A stretch of DNA of 64,000 nucleotides, from positions 2,480,001 through 2,544,000 of the forward strand of contig NEEC01000002.1 in NCBI GenBank assembly GCA_002189035.1, in the 5' to 3' direction. The notes below the pieces were generated by a model that saw only the letters and a program-made list of their open reading frames with translations, was not told the origin of the DNA and did no database searches. This document shows positions 12,018 to 25,321 of the stretch, piece by piece. Source of the stretch: Utricularia gibba (taxonomy: Eukaryota; Plantae; Magnoliophyta). How positions within the stretch are numbered: position 1 is the first letter of the stretch; each line of letters opens with the position of its first letter. The position numbers and the translations under genes are program-made.

Positions 12018-12556
12018 CTCATTTCACCAGGCACCACCACATCCTCATCAACTTCTCCGTCCCAGCTCAAACCTTCCCCGGGACAGTCCCCGCCACCATA
12101 TTCTCCGATTCCACGACCTCCAAGATGGAGAAGCAGATTGAGATTTTCAAATTTCTCACCAAATCCATATTCCCCGTCTCGACTTCTCTTCTCCCCACCC
12201 TTGTACACGACAAGACGAACCTGAACAGTGCTCCTGTGCTGTAGATCTTCCTCACGTCTCTCTTTGTGTATTCAAATCTACACATTCTTGCCATCATTTA
12301 CCCCCACTGGAAAAAAGAGCGCTTTTTTTACGGTGCTGCTTCAGCCTCTGCTGCCTTTGCTACCTTCGCTCTCTTCGCGTTCTTCATGCCTACGCGTTTC
12401 TCTTTCATCCCAGCTGTTGCTCTCTCTATTGCTGTGATCGTTGCAGCGAATTGGGATAACTGGAATCTCCTCAGCCGCGACTCCGCTGAAGAAACTGAAG
12501 CTAATTCCGACATCCAGGCACCGCCACCGCCGCGCAGGCTAATAATGATGGTGTGA
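12018..12556 (+). pseudogene. 4-TM family B copy lacking exon 1, with premature TAG
   Basis: Begins inside the intron (tcatttcaccag). In-frame ATG at 12125, TGG>TAG at 12242-12244; the remainder matches 41563-41994. Confidence 0.85.
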
Positions 12557-12876
12557 TCGGAGCTGTGGTTTTCTTTTTATCATAAATAAATTAACGACTG
12601 TTAACAGTTACACCCTGATGTATAATACGTACCATTTTGTAATGTTTAATTAAAAATATGAATGGAGTTGTTGTGTATTATTTTTGAGGAATAATGTTGG
12701 AAAAGAAAATATAATTTTGGAAAAAGGTGTTAAAAAAGAGCAATGTTTAAAAGGGGAGATTCTGGTGGTTGGAAAACCAGATCTCTTCTTCCTTTTCTGT
12801 TATTTCTCTCGAATTGTGCGCCGGGATCCGCCACCGCTGCCGGAAAAGTCATTTTTTCGTCAATTTTCTGTCAGAA

Positions 12877-14335
12877 ATGAGTAACGGAGAGCTTCTTCAA
12901 ATCGAACCGCTCGAGCTTCAATTTCCTTGTGATTTCTTTCTCTTGTTTTTTTATCCTTTGCCGTGGGCTTCTTTTTTTTTTTTTTTTTTTTGAAGTTTTG
13001 ATTGTCGATTTGGAAGGATTCTTGTTTCGTGTTCAGTTTCGATATCTGTCGATTTTACTCGGTTGTCTGCCTTCTGGGCTTTGAATTTTCTTCCACGCGT
13101 CTAATTTTTTTTTATCCAATTCTTTTTCCTTGGTGCGTTGAAAGTCGAATTGAAGAAGCAGATCTCGTGTTCCCTGCAATTGATCAACAAATCGGATAAT
13201 TATGTTGCATTCAAGGTATCATGCTGCTGCTTCCTTCCTCAATGTTATGATTTTCAGCGTATTATCCCTACGGTCAGACGTGAGATAATGTAAAGGAGGA
13301 ATTTTGCGATGACATTGTGTAGTATCTCCGTTTCATGATGATTGATGAACACGTTCCAGGTGAAAACAACTAACCCAAAAAGTATTGCGTGACACCGAAT
13401 ACGGGAGTCGTCATTCCTCACTCTACATGTGATGTTGCAGGTAATGGATTTTTATTTCATCCTTCCGCTTTTGCCTAAGAGGAACGCAGGACTCGGGGTG
13501 TATTCCACTCCGCAGTGCTAGTCATTTATGGTTTGCTGATTCATATTTCTATGCCCTTCAGTTACAATGCAAGCACAAAAGGAGGCTCCTCCAGACATGC
13601 AGTGCAAGGATAAATTTCTCCTCCAGAGTGTCGTAGCTAGCCCTGGATCAACAGTAAAGGATATTACTGCAGAAATGGCGTGTGGCTTGTCAGTGACCCT
13701 GATAAGTTGATTAGAGATGCGGTTGATGTCCAAAAAAAAAATGTTTTTTTGACAAGTGTTTACGTCTTTTATCAGTTCAACAAAGAGTCTGGAAACCATG
13801 TTGATGAGAACAAGTTGAGAGTTGTGAATGTTCCACCTCCAAGGCCACCTTCTCCAGTTTATGAGGGAGTGGAGGAAGGCTCAGACAATGAGGCAGCCTA
13901 TCAGTATTCTGATTCTAATGCTGTGAGTCCTGGGATCTTTTCCTATCAGTATTGTACAATTTTTAAATGTCATCAGTTTTGCAATGCATCACAATCTTCC
14001 CATCTCTTTTATAATTGCAGATGTTTAAAGCATTGGGTGAACAGAAGGGGACTACAACTGAGGTTACATCTGATACTATGATAGTGTTATTTCGAAGTTG
14101 CCTTAAAATTGAAAAATCCTTTTCTACTGGGGTTATAAGGAAGATGTTTTTATGTTCTCATTATCTTAGCGAAAGCAGGAAAATAAATCTTGAGTTAATT
14201 CTACACAAGATGTTAGTAGGGATTCTCTTGTCCTGGTGGACTTCATTATCAAATATAATCGATGTTTTATGAAGAGTGGTATTGCTTTCTTGAGATGCTT
14301 TGTGCTGCTAATATTTCAAGGGCTACGTTACTTGA
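12877..14335 (+). pseudogene. 3'-truncated VAP27 copy lacking coiled-coil and TM exons
   Basis: MSNGELLQIEPLELQFP..., apparent -1 in C run 13374-13376, GT>GC donor at 13678, 21-bp in-frame deletion (SPRDSVS); breaks in the intron at acttga 14330-14335. Confidence 0.85.
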
Positions 14336-14468
14336 CATCTCCCAAGTTTGTGTGGAGCGTCACCGCCTTGGGTGACCCAAATTGTTCGTGCAGCCAAAAA
14401 CAGGATACATAATCAAGACTGAAAAATCGAAACATGCACCGACCTGTTCGACTGAACTCCCCACTCGC
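14330..14468 (-). pseudogene. Cyclophilin intron-1/exon-2 fragment (mirror of 47685-47820)
   Basis: [12 protein letters not shown]; matches 53051-53187. Confidence 0.85.
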
Positions 14469-14779
14469 CGGAAAATAAAACTGGCATCCGTACCCACCGG
14501 ACCTCGTCGAATTAACCTTGAAATAACAAGCTCCTGATTTGAAACGTTGAAAAGTAGTCAAACCCTAAATTAAAATATCCAATGCACATTATTTATTTTT
14601 AAATAAATAACAAAAATTGCAACACCCAAAGTAATGGGCATTGAGCGAGATGAACGAATATCGTTGCTCCTGATGTAAGGGAACAGTTTCGTCTGGGCGT
14701 CGAAAGCGGCGATGAACAAGTTGCCTTTTCGTTCACAACATCATTCCTCAAAAATAATACACAAAAACTCCATTCATAA

Positions 14780-15130
14780 TTATCGGATTTGTTGATCAGT
14801 TGCAGGAAACACCAAGGAAAAAGAAGTTGATTAAAAAATTAGAAGGTAAACAACCAAATAAAGTTGGAAGAATTCTTCCAAATCGACAATCAAAACTTAG
14901 GAAAAAAAAACCCACGGCAAGGGATACAAAAATAAGAGGAGAAGGAAATTTCTAGGAAAGTGAAGCTGGAGCGGTTCGATCTGGAGGAGCCCTCCGTTAC
15001 TCATTTTGTGACTGTGAGAGATTCGTGGACAGAGAATTGACGAAAACAACGACTTTTCCGGCTGCGGTAGCGGATACCGTCTCGCAATTCGAGAGAAATA
15101 ACGGAGAGGGAAGAAAAGAAAAGATCTGGT
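14780..15130 (-). pseudogene. Diverged VAP27 promoter/exon-1/partial exon-2 fragment (mirror of 47020-47375)
   Basis: MSNGGLLQIEPLQLHFP at 15004. Confidence 0.8.
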
Positions 15131-15323
15131 TTCCCCTACGGCCACAATCGCCCGTTTTAAATATTGCCTTTTTTAAACAACCTTTTTTTTCCAAAATTAT
15201 TCCTCAAAAAATAGTACACAAAAATTCCATTCATAATTTTTAATTAAACATTACAAAATGATACAAAATATTATACATCAAACACGCGTTCACACAGTGT
15301 ACAATGCTCTTAACAGTGTTGTT

Positions 15324-15997
15324 TTATATACGATAAAAAGAAAAGCAGCTTCGATCACACACCATCAGTAGCCTGCGCGGCGGTGGTGGTGCCACGATGT
15401 CGGGATTAGTTTCAGTTTCTCCGGCGGAGTCACGGCGGAGGAGATTCCAGTTATCCCAATTCGCTACAACAATCAGAGCAATAGAGAGAGAAACTGCTGG
15501 AATGAAAGAGAAACGCGTAGGCATGAAAAACGCGAGGAACGCAAAGAGAGCAAAGGCAGCGGAGGCGGAAGCAGCAGCGTAAAAAAGGCGCCCGTTTCTC
15601 CTCTGAGGGTAAATGATGGCGAGAATGTGTAGAGTTGAATACACAAAGAGAGACGTCAGGAAGATCTGTTGCACACCGTTCAGGTTCGTCTTGTCGCGTA
15701 CAAGTGTTAGGAGAAATATCGCGACGGGGATGATGGTTTTGGTGAGAAATTTAAAAATCTCCATCAGCTTCTCCGTCTTGGAGCTCGTAGTATCGGAGAA
15801 GATGGTGGCGTGGACTATCGCGGGGGAAGGTTCGGCCTGCACGGAGAAGTTGATGAAGATGTGGTGCCTGGTGAAATGGGGGATGTCATTTTCGTTTCAC
15901 ACAGAAACTGAGCTAACTGTAAGTGATCAGAAACATACCTTGCCGCGAACGAGGGTTCCGCCGAGCCATAACCGCGTGCGTTCTGGAAAGCGGCCAT
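15324..15997 (-). CDS. 4-TM family B, two-exon gene, 200 aa, intact (mirror of 46153-46826)
   Basis: ATG 15997, TATA-like tataaat upstream, GT-AG intron; translation identical to the 46-kb copy. Confidence 0.7.
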
Positions 15998-17794
15998 TGT
16001 CGGATGAGGATTGCTTCCTGGAGGGCGGGGGGATTTATAAGGACCATTGAGGAAATTAGCCGATTTATTCAACCAGTGACGCATACGATCAACCTGTGAC
16101 GCCTAATACCTTTCGATTTCACATCCACATTTTATTTCAACAAATAATGAAAAGTCTTTTTGGAGAAATCTTTTGTCTTATTAAACACCTTTTGATTTGA
16201 CATCCTCATCTTTTTTCAATAAATAATGCATCCTCATCTTAGAACCTGTGAGAAAAAGCATCATCTTAATCGTAGTAAACACTCTTTTTTTTTTTTGGAG
16301 AAAAGTTAATACACCACTTAAACTATAATCTTCACTTATTTAAAGAGAGCGGCATTCATATGAGTTAAATAATTATTTATACTCAAATTTACCAATTAAA
16401 ATTTTTTGTCTTTTTTTTTAAAAAAAATTGAAATCATCATTGCTTTCGTCATTAATTTATTCAACATAAAAGAATAAATTTTAGGACTACTTTATACATA
16501 AAGTGAAGAATAAGTTAATGGTAAAAATACGGTCAAAATGTTAAAATAATAAATTCAAATAGAAAGTTTACATTTTTGGAATGTACAAGAATTACGTCAA
16601 TACACATAAAACCAATCATATGATTAATAATTGTATTTTTTGGAATTATTTAATTTTTATAATAACTTAGGACCATATTTGTAGTTTTAATAAAAATAAT
16701 AATAAAATAAAGATACTCACCGTGTTTGTACCTGTGGCTATGTTTTGCAACCATTTTCATTCTCAAAATGAGAAATTACCAGTTTTGCAAAACAGACATG
16801 TTTTCATTTTTTAAAATGAAAATTTTTATAAAAAAATAAATGAAAAATGATACTCATTCTAACATGATCGTTTTTCTAATAATATCATTATTTCATTTTT
16901 TTATTTTTATAATTTGGTGAATTAAAATTTATTTTTTTTATGTAAATTCTTATTTTAATATTGATTTCTCATTTTGTAATACAACATATTTTCATTATGT
17001 AATCTTTTTTTAAAGTTACATAACAACAATTTATTTCATTTATCATTCTTATTTAGTTTATACCTTATTGGTTTCCGTGCGGTCGTCCCGACGGTGTACG
17101 AGACGTGGGACCCCTATCGCCCCAAGAAAAATTTCTGCACCTAACATCCATTAATGTTGTGACGGTGGATTGGAATCATGACATTTCACCAAAACTAAAA
17201 AAAGTGAATATTAATAAAAAATATATTATATTAAGTCTAGGATGTATTTGTTAAGATTTAGTTCAGGAACTTTTATTATTAGCTATTACAAACTATGTAT
17301 TATCAAAATATCACTCAATCATAACATATGAATAAAATTATTTATTTTCAAATTGAAGAACATGGAGTGTTTTTTATATAAATAGAAATCACTCTAATAC
17401 ATCATTAAAATTTATTTCTTAAATTGAATGCAAACTTGAAAGAAGTTTATTCAAGGATAGGATAGGATAGGATAAAATCAGCGTTCCAATGCGGGGCCCT
17501 TTCTTTTAGTGGACCCCAACCAACTCCTCCAACCGTTGGAGTCCAACGTGGAAACAAAATGGCGAGGGCAAGTCACTGTTGATCATCGGGGCCCATAACT
17601 TCTCGAACTAATCAACGCCACTTAAGTGGATCCTTTCTTTTAGTGGACCCCACGCAACCCCTCCAAGTTATTAATGTAAAATAATAAAATAAATAAAAAT
17701 TATAAATATTTTAATATAAGTAAATGTCAGTTACGTTATTGAATACCGTAATTTTTTATACAATGTGACACTGACACCACCATGGATTACGGCA

Positions 17795-20070
17795 CAATCG
17801 CCATACCCGAATTGAAATCCAGTTGCAATGCCCCTGGATCAATAGCGAAGGTTAATGGAAGCCCGGCGAGACATTGGTCTCTGTGCCTCACGCAACTGCC
17901 GCGACATCGGAAGAGTTCAATCCTCTTTTGCTCCTAGAGGTGGGTTCGGTTCCGAACCGTACGGTTTCGGTTTGGAACCGAATGGTTTCAACGAACCGTA
18001 CGGTTTCGATTTGGAACCAAATGGTTTTCAATGAACCATCGATTCCAAAACCGCGATTCACTGTAGGCAACAGTTCTCGTTTCGGTTCGGAACCGTACAT
18101 ACAAAACCTTGAACCAAACCAAAACCGAAACCGTACGGACGATTTCGATTCGAAACCAAAACCGAGATTCGCAAACCGAACCGTAATCGGAACCGATCAG
18201 TTCTGTTTGTAGGTGTTTTCCAAACACCCATATGAATCATTGTATATCACTGACAATTAAATTTTAATAATTATTAATTTTTTAATATTTGAATATTATC
18301 AAATAATATATTTAATAATATTAATTTTTATATTTAATTACATATATTATGTAATATATTATATTAATTTATAAAAAAACTATAACTTAAATTACTTGAT
18401 ATCAATAAAGTATAATTAAAATCAATACAATTTATTAATTAAATAAATGAAATAAATAATTATGATCTCGGATTTTCGCTTCTGCACTGTATGAAAGCAC
18501 TCAGTGGCCGAAAAAGCGTCCTGGAAAACGGATTTTAGAATCAACGTTGCGGAGTAACACTCCATGTTATCGGTGTGAAGAGATGGCTGAAGGTTGTGTA
18601 ATGGCGTTATATGCTTCCGACATCGATGAACACTGCATTGGTCGGCTTGTGGATGATCCAAATTTCCGGATGATTATGTCACCTGCGGTTAGTGCTCGGC
18701 ATTGCAAGATTACTAGAAAGCGAGTTGCTGCAAAAGATACAGAAGATCAATCTGGCTGCTGTTTTTTGGTATTCTTGAAGGATACGAGGTCAAGGATCCT
18801 TCATCCAGGTTGTGTATTATAGTTTTTGTAATAACCTAATGATTAATTGTTGTCTGCAGTACAAATGTTACGTATTGGAACTGGGAAAAGCTGAGTAAAA
18901 GTGCTTCTGAAGTGGAGCTGAGTTCTCATGTAGGCTAGAACAAAAACAGCTAGAATGAATAAACCAAAGTATTGGTAATCAAATGTTTTAAAAGTATTTT
19001 TGACCATTTAACAAATTAGCTACTTTCAAGATTCAAGTGATTTATTATGAAAGGATAGATTCACTTTTATAGAAAAGGAATAATTGAATAGAATGTAATC
19101 GATTTCGTAAATTTAGAAAACTTATCTAATCAGTCGTTAACTAGTCTTACACAATATTAGTAATTTCATTGTAACAATCTAAGATTAAATCAAGTATTAG
19201 ATAAATTAGTTTCCACTCAATTTCCTTTTCCAATAATTAGATTATCGTAATTGAATATTACAACATCCTAATCATGCCTAAGGCAAGAACTAACTTTATA
19301 ACCACACATTGCTTATCAAGATGATTTTCCTTTTGAGAGCAAGAGACATAAGGGCCTTGACATAGGCGCTTCTGATGGTCCGGTGTCTCTTGATGATTTT
19401 AGGAGCCTTCAAAGATCAAACACAGAAATTATTGCTTATGCATGACTGACAATGGCACACCCCTTCCATATTTCATTCCTGTGTATTGAAAGTATTTGGT
19501 TGAAACCTTGCTGGGTTATCAACAAATCATTCTATGTAGGATCTCGGGAAACTTCAGGAGGATAACGTTGCCACCATTGAATCCTAAGAAAGGATAACCA
19601 ATAGCCAGTGAGAAACATGAACTTGTATGTCTGGTTTTTCTTCTGTACTTTTTGGCTTTTACAATTCCTAGACTATGAACTTGGCGTGAGTTTCATTTAA
19701 AAACAAGATCGTTTTTTCAATTATCTGATTCTTGGACATTCACTTTTGTCTCATGCTTTTTCCTTGATTGTTTTCCTTTTGCAAGAAATGAAAGAATTGA
19801 AAGAATCAACCTCAAGACTTTATGCGGATAACCTGTCTGAATTGATCAAACATTGTAGGCACAACATCAGGAGTTGTTGGAGCTGAACAAAATCTCAGCT
19901 GACCAGAAGCATGAGATAGACAACCGAAATCAGCGACTCACTGCTTCTGTACAGTCAATTGTTGAAGCCAATGAAATAATGGAGTGGCAAGTTACCTGCT
20001 TAGAATTTCAGGTTGATTCCTCCTCTGCTTCCGATACAGAAGAGTGCGATGATTCCAATGAACGATGATG
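17795..20070 (+). pseudogene. Degenerate duplicate of the FHA gene
   Basis: ATG>ATA near 17842, exon remnants (DEHCIGRLVDDPNF, GPVSLDDF, ELNKISADQKHE), frameshifts, insertions, and a large deletion joining intron sequence to the terminal SASDTEECDDSNER*. Confidence 0.9.
17934..18230. mobile_element. AACCG/CGGTT-rich non-autonomous element (hAT-MITE-like) interrupting the FHA pseudogene
   Basis: Starts tagaggtgggttcggttccgaaccg with many aaccg/cggtt motifs in both orientations; 3' TIR and 8-bp TSD not resolved. Confidence 0.55.
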
Positions 20071-20726
20071 GATGATCACGATATCAATCGTGTCTTATTT
20101 AACGAAAAGGGCACTCTTAACACCACTCATGGCTCTGCTCCCAGCTTTCCAGGCCATGATCCATATCATTCTTTTGAATATATCTATATTGCATATTCAC
20201 TCACCCGCATGTTTTGTTAGGGTGAGTTATTGGGTCTTCCACCTGAGCCTTCTTGGCTGGAAAAAAGATGCAATCTTGTGCCCTGAGCGCACCGCAGCAA
20301 CAACAGTTATTGCATCCGGCATAAAATGGCATGTGATTTAGGAGAAGAAAACAGGGTAGTGCGAACGTAAATGAAAAGGATAGCGCTGTGGGTGGGGGTA
20401 CACAGAGCTGGTAGCCTGATGCTGTACATCAGAAACACCATATGAATTATTACTGGAGTTGCAGAGCCAATTGAAGGCAAACTACAAAACAAGCCCGCCT
20501 AGCAGCAGCAGTAGCAGCAGCTACAGCCCCCCACCTCGACGCACACATTCTAAATCTGAAATTCAATCCGTCCTTCCGTACTTGGCAGATGGGAAGAAAA
20601 GGGATGGGGATGAGAGGTGTAGTCCTCGTAAAGGAGCAAACTTTAGGAAATACAGCAAGCTTTACTTGCACGTGTGATTCGGGAAAAGGAAAGCATCCTC
20701 CTTTCTTCAACCTGCCTCTGTTGGGC

Positions 20727-20754
20727 GATAGATAGATAGATAGATAGATAGATA
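20727..20754. repeat. (GATA)7 microsatellite
   Basis: Read directly. Confidence 0.95.
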
Positions 20755-20961
20755 TTAAAGACGAGTTTTAGTTTCTTAGGGACACTCAGGAACCAGCTCT
20801 GAACAGAACCCTGACTTTGTGTTCTCATGGCTGCTGCCAAAGGCTAGAGCTTTCCACTGTGAACAAGAAAGGGGATGGCGACCATGAAATGGGGATGTGT
20901 ACAATGTCTCGCTTACACCTAAAAACAAGGAACCCCTAGCTTGCTGCTACTCATCATGATA

Positions 20962-21788
20962 TCAGAAGGGAGGCCGGTTTGCGGCTCCCCAGTAGGGATC
21001 CTGAGCGGAGGAGGTCGGCGGCGCTCCTCCTCCCATCAGGAAACTAGGGTCGATCATCAGTGGTTGCGGCCCCATCTGAGTCATCGCCGTTACGGCGGCG
21101 TTTTGAGCGTCCTCCAACGGCAACCTCTCGTACGCCACGTTCCCAAACGAAGCGGCGATGATCAGCACCGGCCCCGCGGCCACCAGCGGCCCAACGACGA
21201 TTCCACCCATCACTTGCCCTTGTCCGCCGGACAGATAGACTGATAAACTCGATGCCGAGGCTGGAGCCGGCGGCGGTAGAATGGAACCGGAAAGGGACAG
21301 AATTTCGAATCTTCCGCTGAGAGTCACCACGGAGCCGGGGGCAGTCGGCTGCCGGACTGTGACGTTGGAGACGGTCCCGGTTCCGGTGAGGACGCAGACG
21401 CCGCGTTGACGTCTGGTAGCGAAGTGGGAGATGCTCTCTTGGACGTCGTAGCCGTCGGCGACTTCCATGACGTGGGATCTGAGCGCGTTGCCGCTGTCGC
21501 GGGTGATTATTATCGGGGTTTGGGTTTGTTCTTGGAGCCAGCAGGGCGGCCGCGCGGGCGACGGCCGATGTCAGAAGTCGCCGGAGGAGGGCTTCGCTCC
21601 TTGAGGCCATACTCCCCGGTAACTGCGCCGTATTCCTCGTTGCCCCGATCGCGCTTCGAGGAGCGGTTGGGGTTCTTGTTCTGGTCCTCTTCCCGACGGA
21701 TCTGAAACATATGCTGGTGAAGCTGAAAGTCACGTGACAAGAACGGGGGCGGCAGGGAACGGCCATTCACAGCTTCAAGATCATCCAT
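20962..21788 (-). CDS. AHL: Clade-A AT-hook motif nuclear-localised protein (AHL22-like), intronless; apparent -1 frameshift at 21515-21518
   Basis: [16 protein letters not shown][P][21 protein letters not shown]296 [25 protein letters not shown]; adding one G restores a single ORF. Confidence 0.92.
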
Positions 21789-24074
21789 AACCCTCTATTT
21801 TCAAAACCAGAACAGAATCTACCTCTGAAGGGCTTCTTCAGATTGACCAAAAGCGCATCACTTCCTCGAAGTTCCTACTCCTGAACGACTACAGTGAGCC
21901 CTAAAACCCTACTTCTATCTGAACCAAGACAAGGAACACAGAGACGGTGGGGAAGAAATTGCAAAGCGTGTCTGAGTTTCTCCCGAAGACAAATGCCTTC
22001 TAAAGGCAAGTGTGAGCATGGAAATGGAATTCCAGGAGGTGTTATTTCTTGAGAAGAAAGGGGTTATTATTATTGGACATGATTCATTAAAAAAAGGAAA
22101 ATGTCAATGTCTGGTGTCATCGTGTTGGTGGTGTTGATAATAAGTGGGAAATGATTTTGTTGAATGTGTGTTCCCCGATGGGAAAACTGTTTCTGCTGTT
22201 GGCATTCAATGTTCACATCATTCGCCGTGTGCGTTCCTTGTTATCTCCTGCCAACGGCTCGGCCCTACCTCTTAAGAGCTGCTCGCTCGGAATTCAATTC
22301 AATCTTTTTTTTTTTTCTTCTTATTTTTCCCTGTATTTACAACATTGGTAATGTGACATTCACGGTATGAAGAAAATGAATACCCTAAACCATCCAATCC
22401 AACTCTCAATGTATTTTTTGTACATAATACTCACGATTTTATGTTTTTTTTTCATCTTTTATTTGACTTTGGAGGAGATCACCAATCCTCACATTTCTTG
22501 CTAAAAAGGTCAACTCATCCCTCACATCACTCTAGTCAAACCACGTTTAACTTTAAAGTTACTATCAAATATCATTTCACTATGCTTAGAAAAATGCCTC
22601 GTATAATATTCGCGTAATAATTTTATTCAATTTCATCCTCTTCTCGGTCGTCGATATAGAATTCGCCTAAAGTCTTTCTGCCCTTCCTCAAGACGGAGCA
22701 TCATATTGATCTAAACATTTTGGAGTATGTGTGAGGGTGGTTTCTCAGATCATTTAGAAAATTGGATACTAACATATTCTCTCCCACTTAGTTAAAAAAA
22801 TATATATAGAAAGAGTGTATATTTTTTCATATAATATTTGACATATGGTCAAATTTCTAATTCATTCATAGTATCTCACGTGGTTGACTTTCGAATATAC
22901 ATGATTTACATGGTATATTTGAGATGTGAGAACAAATAAAGTTATTGGAGAAAAACATTATCATAGAAATTTTATGAAAGCAATCAAGAGTATTCAACTA
23001 TAATTATTGTTGTATTGATAATTCGATTGTTGTTGACTTTGATAACTTTATATTACAATATCTTAATAAATATTATTCATCAATTAATAGAAAATTAAAA
23101 AAAATCTTTACCCTCGCCTCTCCACCCACATTCTTCATGATGAGGAGATGATTCCCAGTCCACATCACGCTCTTAGTGGTGCACTGCACCGCAACCCACT
23201 CTGAGTCTGGACCACCCCCACGCTCGCTTGTGTTTTATCTGCATTCCTCTTCGTGATCCATGGGACGAAGCTGGGGACTCGGGCTGGGCGTACGGCACGG
23301 CACACGCCTCTCACCAACAGTGAAGCTGAAGGGTTGATCCATGGGATTAGGGTTCATCAGTTGAATTCTTTCCGGTGGTAAGAACAATTAGGGGAGGGAA
23401 TCATCCCAATTCGACAGTACAACAGAAACGATCCCATGCATGCGACTATTGCAGATGGTGATCGTGATTCCACGGCGGAGGAAGTAAATAGGGCTTTGCC
23501 AAGGAAAGGATGCCGCTTTTAATGTGATTTACTGGTCGCCTCCGACACGCACACTGCCGGACACCGACCACTCCCTTCTCTTGCTGGGGGGCTTTCGATC
23601 CCTTTCTCTTTTTTTTAATTTTTACCTGCTTTCACGGCGGGTTGATCACGTTTACCACAGTAAAACCATCACCTGAAGTAGGGGGGCCTATGCCATTCCC
23701 ACCGTTGGATTGTTCAAATCCGCCCCTCGTTGTCACCGGCAACTACAGTATCTGGGCAGGGTGGGGGCTCATCAACGAAGACTTGCCGGAGCCCAGTTCG
23801 TGGACGTGGCAATTGGAGGCGTTGAAACAGTCTATTGGGTTCTTGTTGCCCAGGGCTAATAATCAATGAATCCATCTGCTGGACACAGGCGTATTATATG
23901 ATCTTGAATAATATAGGAACAGAGTGCATTGGTCTGATAACACAAATGAATTTCATGATGCTCATGTTGTAGCAGGAGTGAATGGAAGGAGCAGTATGAA
24001 GATTGTCTAAAATAAATGGTCAAAAATCTCCTCTAGGTGGTGGCACATACTAACTTTTTGGTAATTGGGATCTC

Positions 24075-25138
24075 TTAGGCGACCAGGGTGCTGGCAGTGG
24101 TGGATTCACTGAAAGAATAGCATGTAAAGCGTATTAGTTGATGGAGGATGGAAGCAACATCATAGCCTTGCATGGGATATACTTACTACTTCCAGACAGG
24201 AGGAAGCTTCTTTGTTTTCTTGTAGTAGCGAGCAAGCCTGTGGATTCTGCTTTCCACGAGAATCAGTCTAAACTTGGAATCCTTGTCCTTCCTGTTCCTC
24301 TCGAGATGCTTTCTGATAGCAACGGCCTTTTTGATGAGGTGGTAGAGGTCCTCTGGAATCTCAGGAGCAAGCCCTGGAGGCCACAGAAAGTCAGTAGCAT
24401 GTAACGTGACACCTAGAGATAAAATGCAGCTGTGAACTGACAAAGCATGCATACCATGGGCCTTCAGAATCCTGAGGATCTTGCTGCCGGTGACGCTTCT
24501 CACTTGAGCAATGCCATGGGAGTCACGAAGAACAACACCTATTTGTGAGGGAGTCAGCCCTTTCTTAGCGAACTTACAGATGGTTTCATCCACCTGAAAC
24601 AGATTGAACCAAGAACATGATGATCACAACTAAATCCATCCAAATGACGAGTGTCCAAGAAAATTGAAATAATTGAACAAAATAAGAAACTTGCAGCAAA
24701 CAGTGTCCAACAAACTACGGCACACACGATTCCATTCTCTCAAAATTGCATAGTCTCTGAACAACAATCTCATTTTTTACACGAGTATATTGACATCGGA
24801 ATATGCATTATGAGATGAGCAGAAAACAAGAATAGAGCTATGATCACACAAGGAAGAATGAGTTTTCTGCTAATAAAAGGAGACCCCGACAAAGCAATCC
24901 AAGACCCATGAATGTAGCAGCATGCAACAATGAATCACAATGACTAACATCCTGAGCAGAGATCTTCAGCCAGCTTGGAGGAGTCCTCTTGTACGGAAGC
25001 GCTGACGCTGAAATACCCTTTCTGCAACGCCACACAAACACACACGTTCTCAATGTAAATACACTCACATACACCCACCCATAGAAACAGACAAGCAGAA
25101 AACAAAGCCGGCTACCCTCTGCTGTGCATACGACCCAT
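24075..25138 (-). CDS. RPS13: 40S ribosomal protein S13 (uS15), 5 exons
   Basis: MGRMHSRG|[25 protein letters not shown]|..[21 protein letters not shown]..|[51 protein letters not shown]..|[10 protein letters not shown]. Confidence 0.97.
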
Positions 25139-25209
25139 GGCTGCGGCGGCAGGCGACGGATATCCCCAGTGGCGCCGCCGTACACGTTACTCGCTACTCA
25201 ATGGAACCC

Positions 25210-25321
25210 AAACCCTAGGAATTTAACCATGGGAAATGACGAATATATCCGAATCCTTAATGGGCCTACTTACCATCCATTACCCATCACCGTCGACACA
25301 ATTAGCTGCCGACGAGGCCCA
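25210..25321 (-). promoter_or_regulatory. RPS13 promoter: telo-box-like AAACCCTAG plus site II elements
   Basis: aaaccctag 25210-25218, tgggcc 25261-25266, ggccca 25316-25321; this combination is typical of plant ribosomal-protein promoters. Confidence 0.6.

Larger units (their letters stand above)
12790..17686. repeat. Left arm of ~4.9-kb near-identical inverted segmental duplication (partner 44467-49370); weaker homology extends to ~12020/50120
   Basis: Mirror ORFs (15324-15842 / 46308-46826, 14015-14272 / 47878-48135, etc.) have identical translations; the inner junction 17686<->44467 was read directly. Confidence 0.95.

Noticed and set aside
15397-15582. Recurrent 61-aa antisense ORF (MS..SVSPAESRRRRFQLSQF...) and MMARMCRVEY... 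ORFs opposite every TM-B copy
   Set aside because: Expected shadow frames of Ala/Phe/Leu-rich coding sequence in recent duplicates; no promoter or independent evidence.
17498-17652. 21-bp direct repeat with GTGGACCCC as a geminivirus/CRESS origin
   Set aside because: No TAATATTAC loop or Rep sequence. The motifs fit TCP/site II-type promoter elements upstream of the FHA pseudogene.
20440-20680. Short ORF between the FHA pseudogene and AHL as a LITTLE ZIPPER remnant (expected from recalled synteny)
   Set aside because: No ATG in frame and no leucine-zipper heptads; likely AHL 3' region.
21044-21766. 240-aa minus-strand ORF and other long ORFs over AHL and GRAS
   Set aside because: Alternate frames of GC-rich coding sequence; the real frames are identified.
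23322-23365. tgaagctgaagggttgatcc resembling miR167
   Set aside because: Only the first 8 nt plus tgatc match, and there is no convincing star arm.
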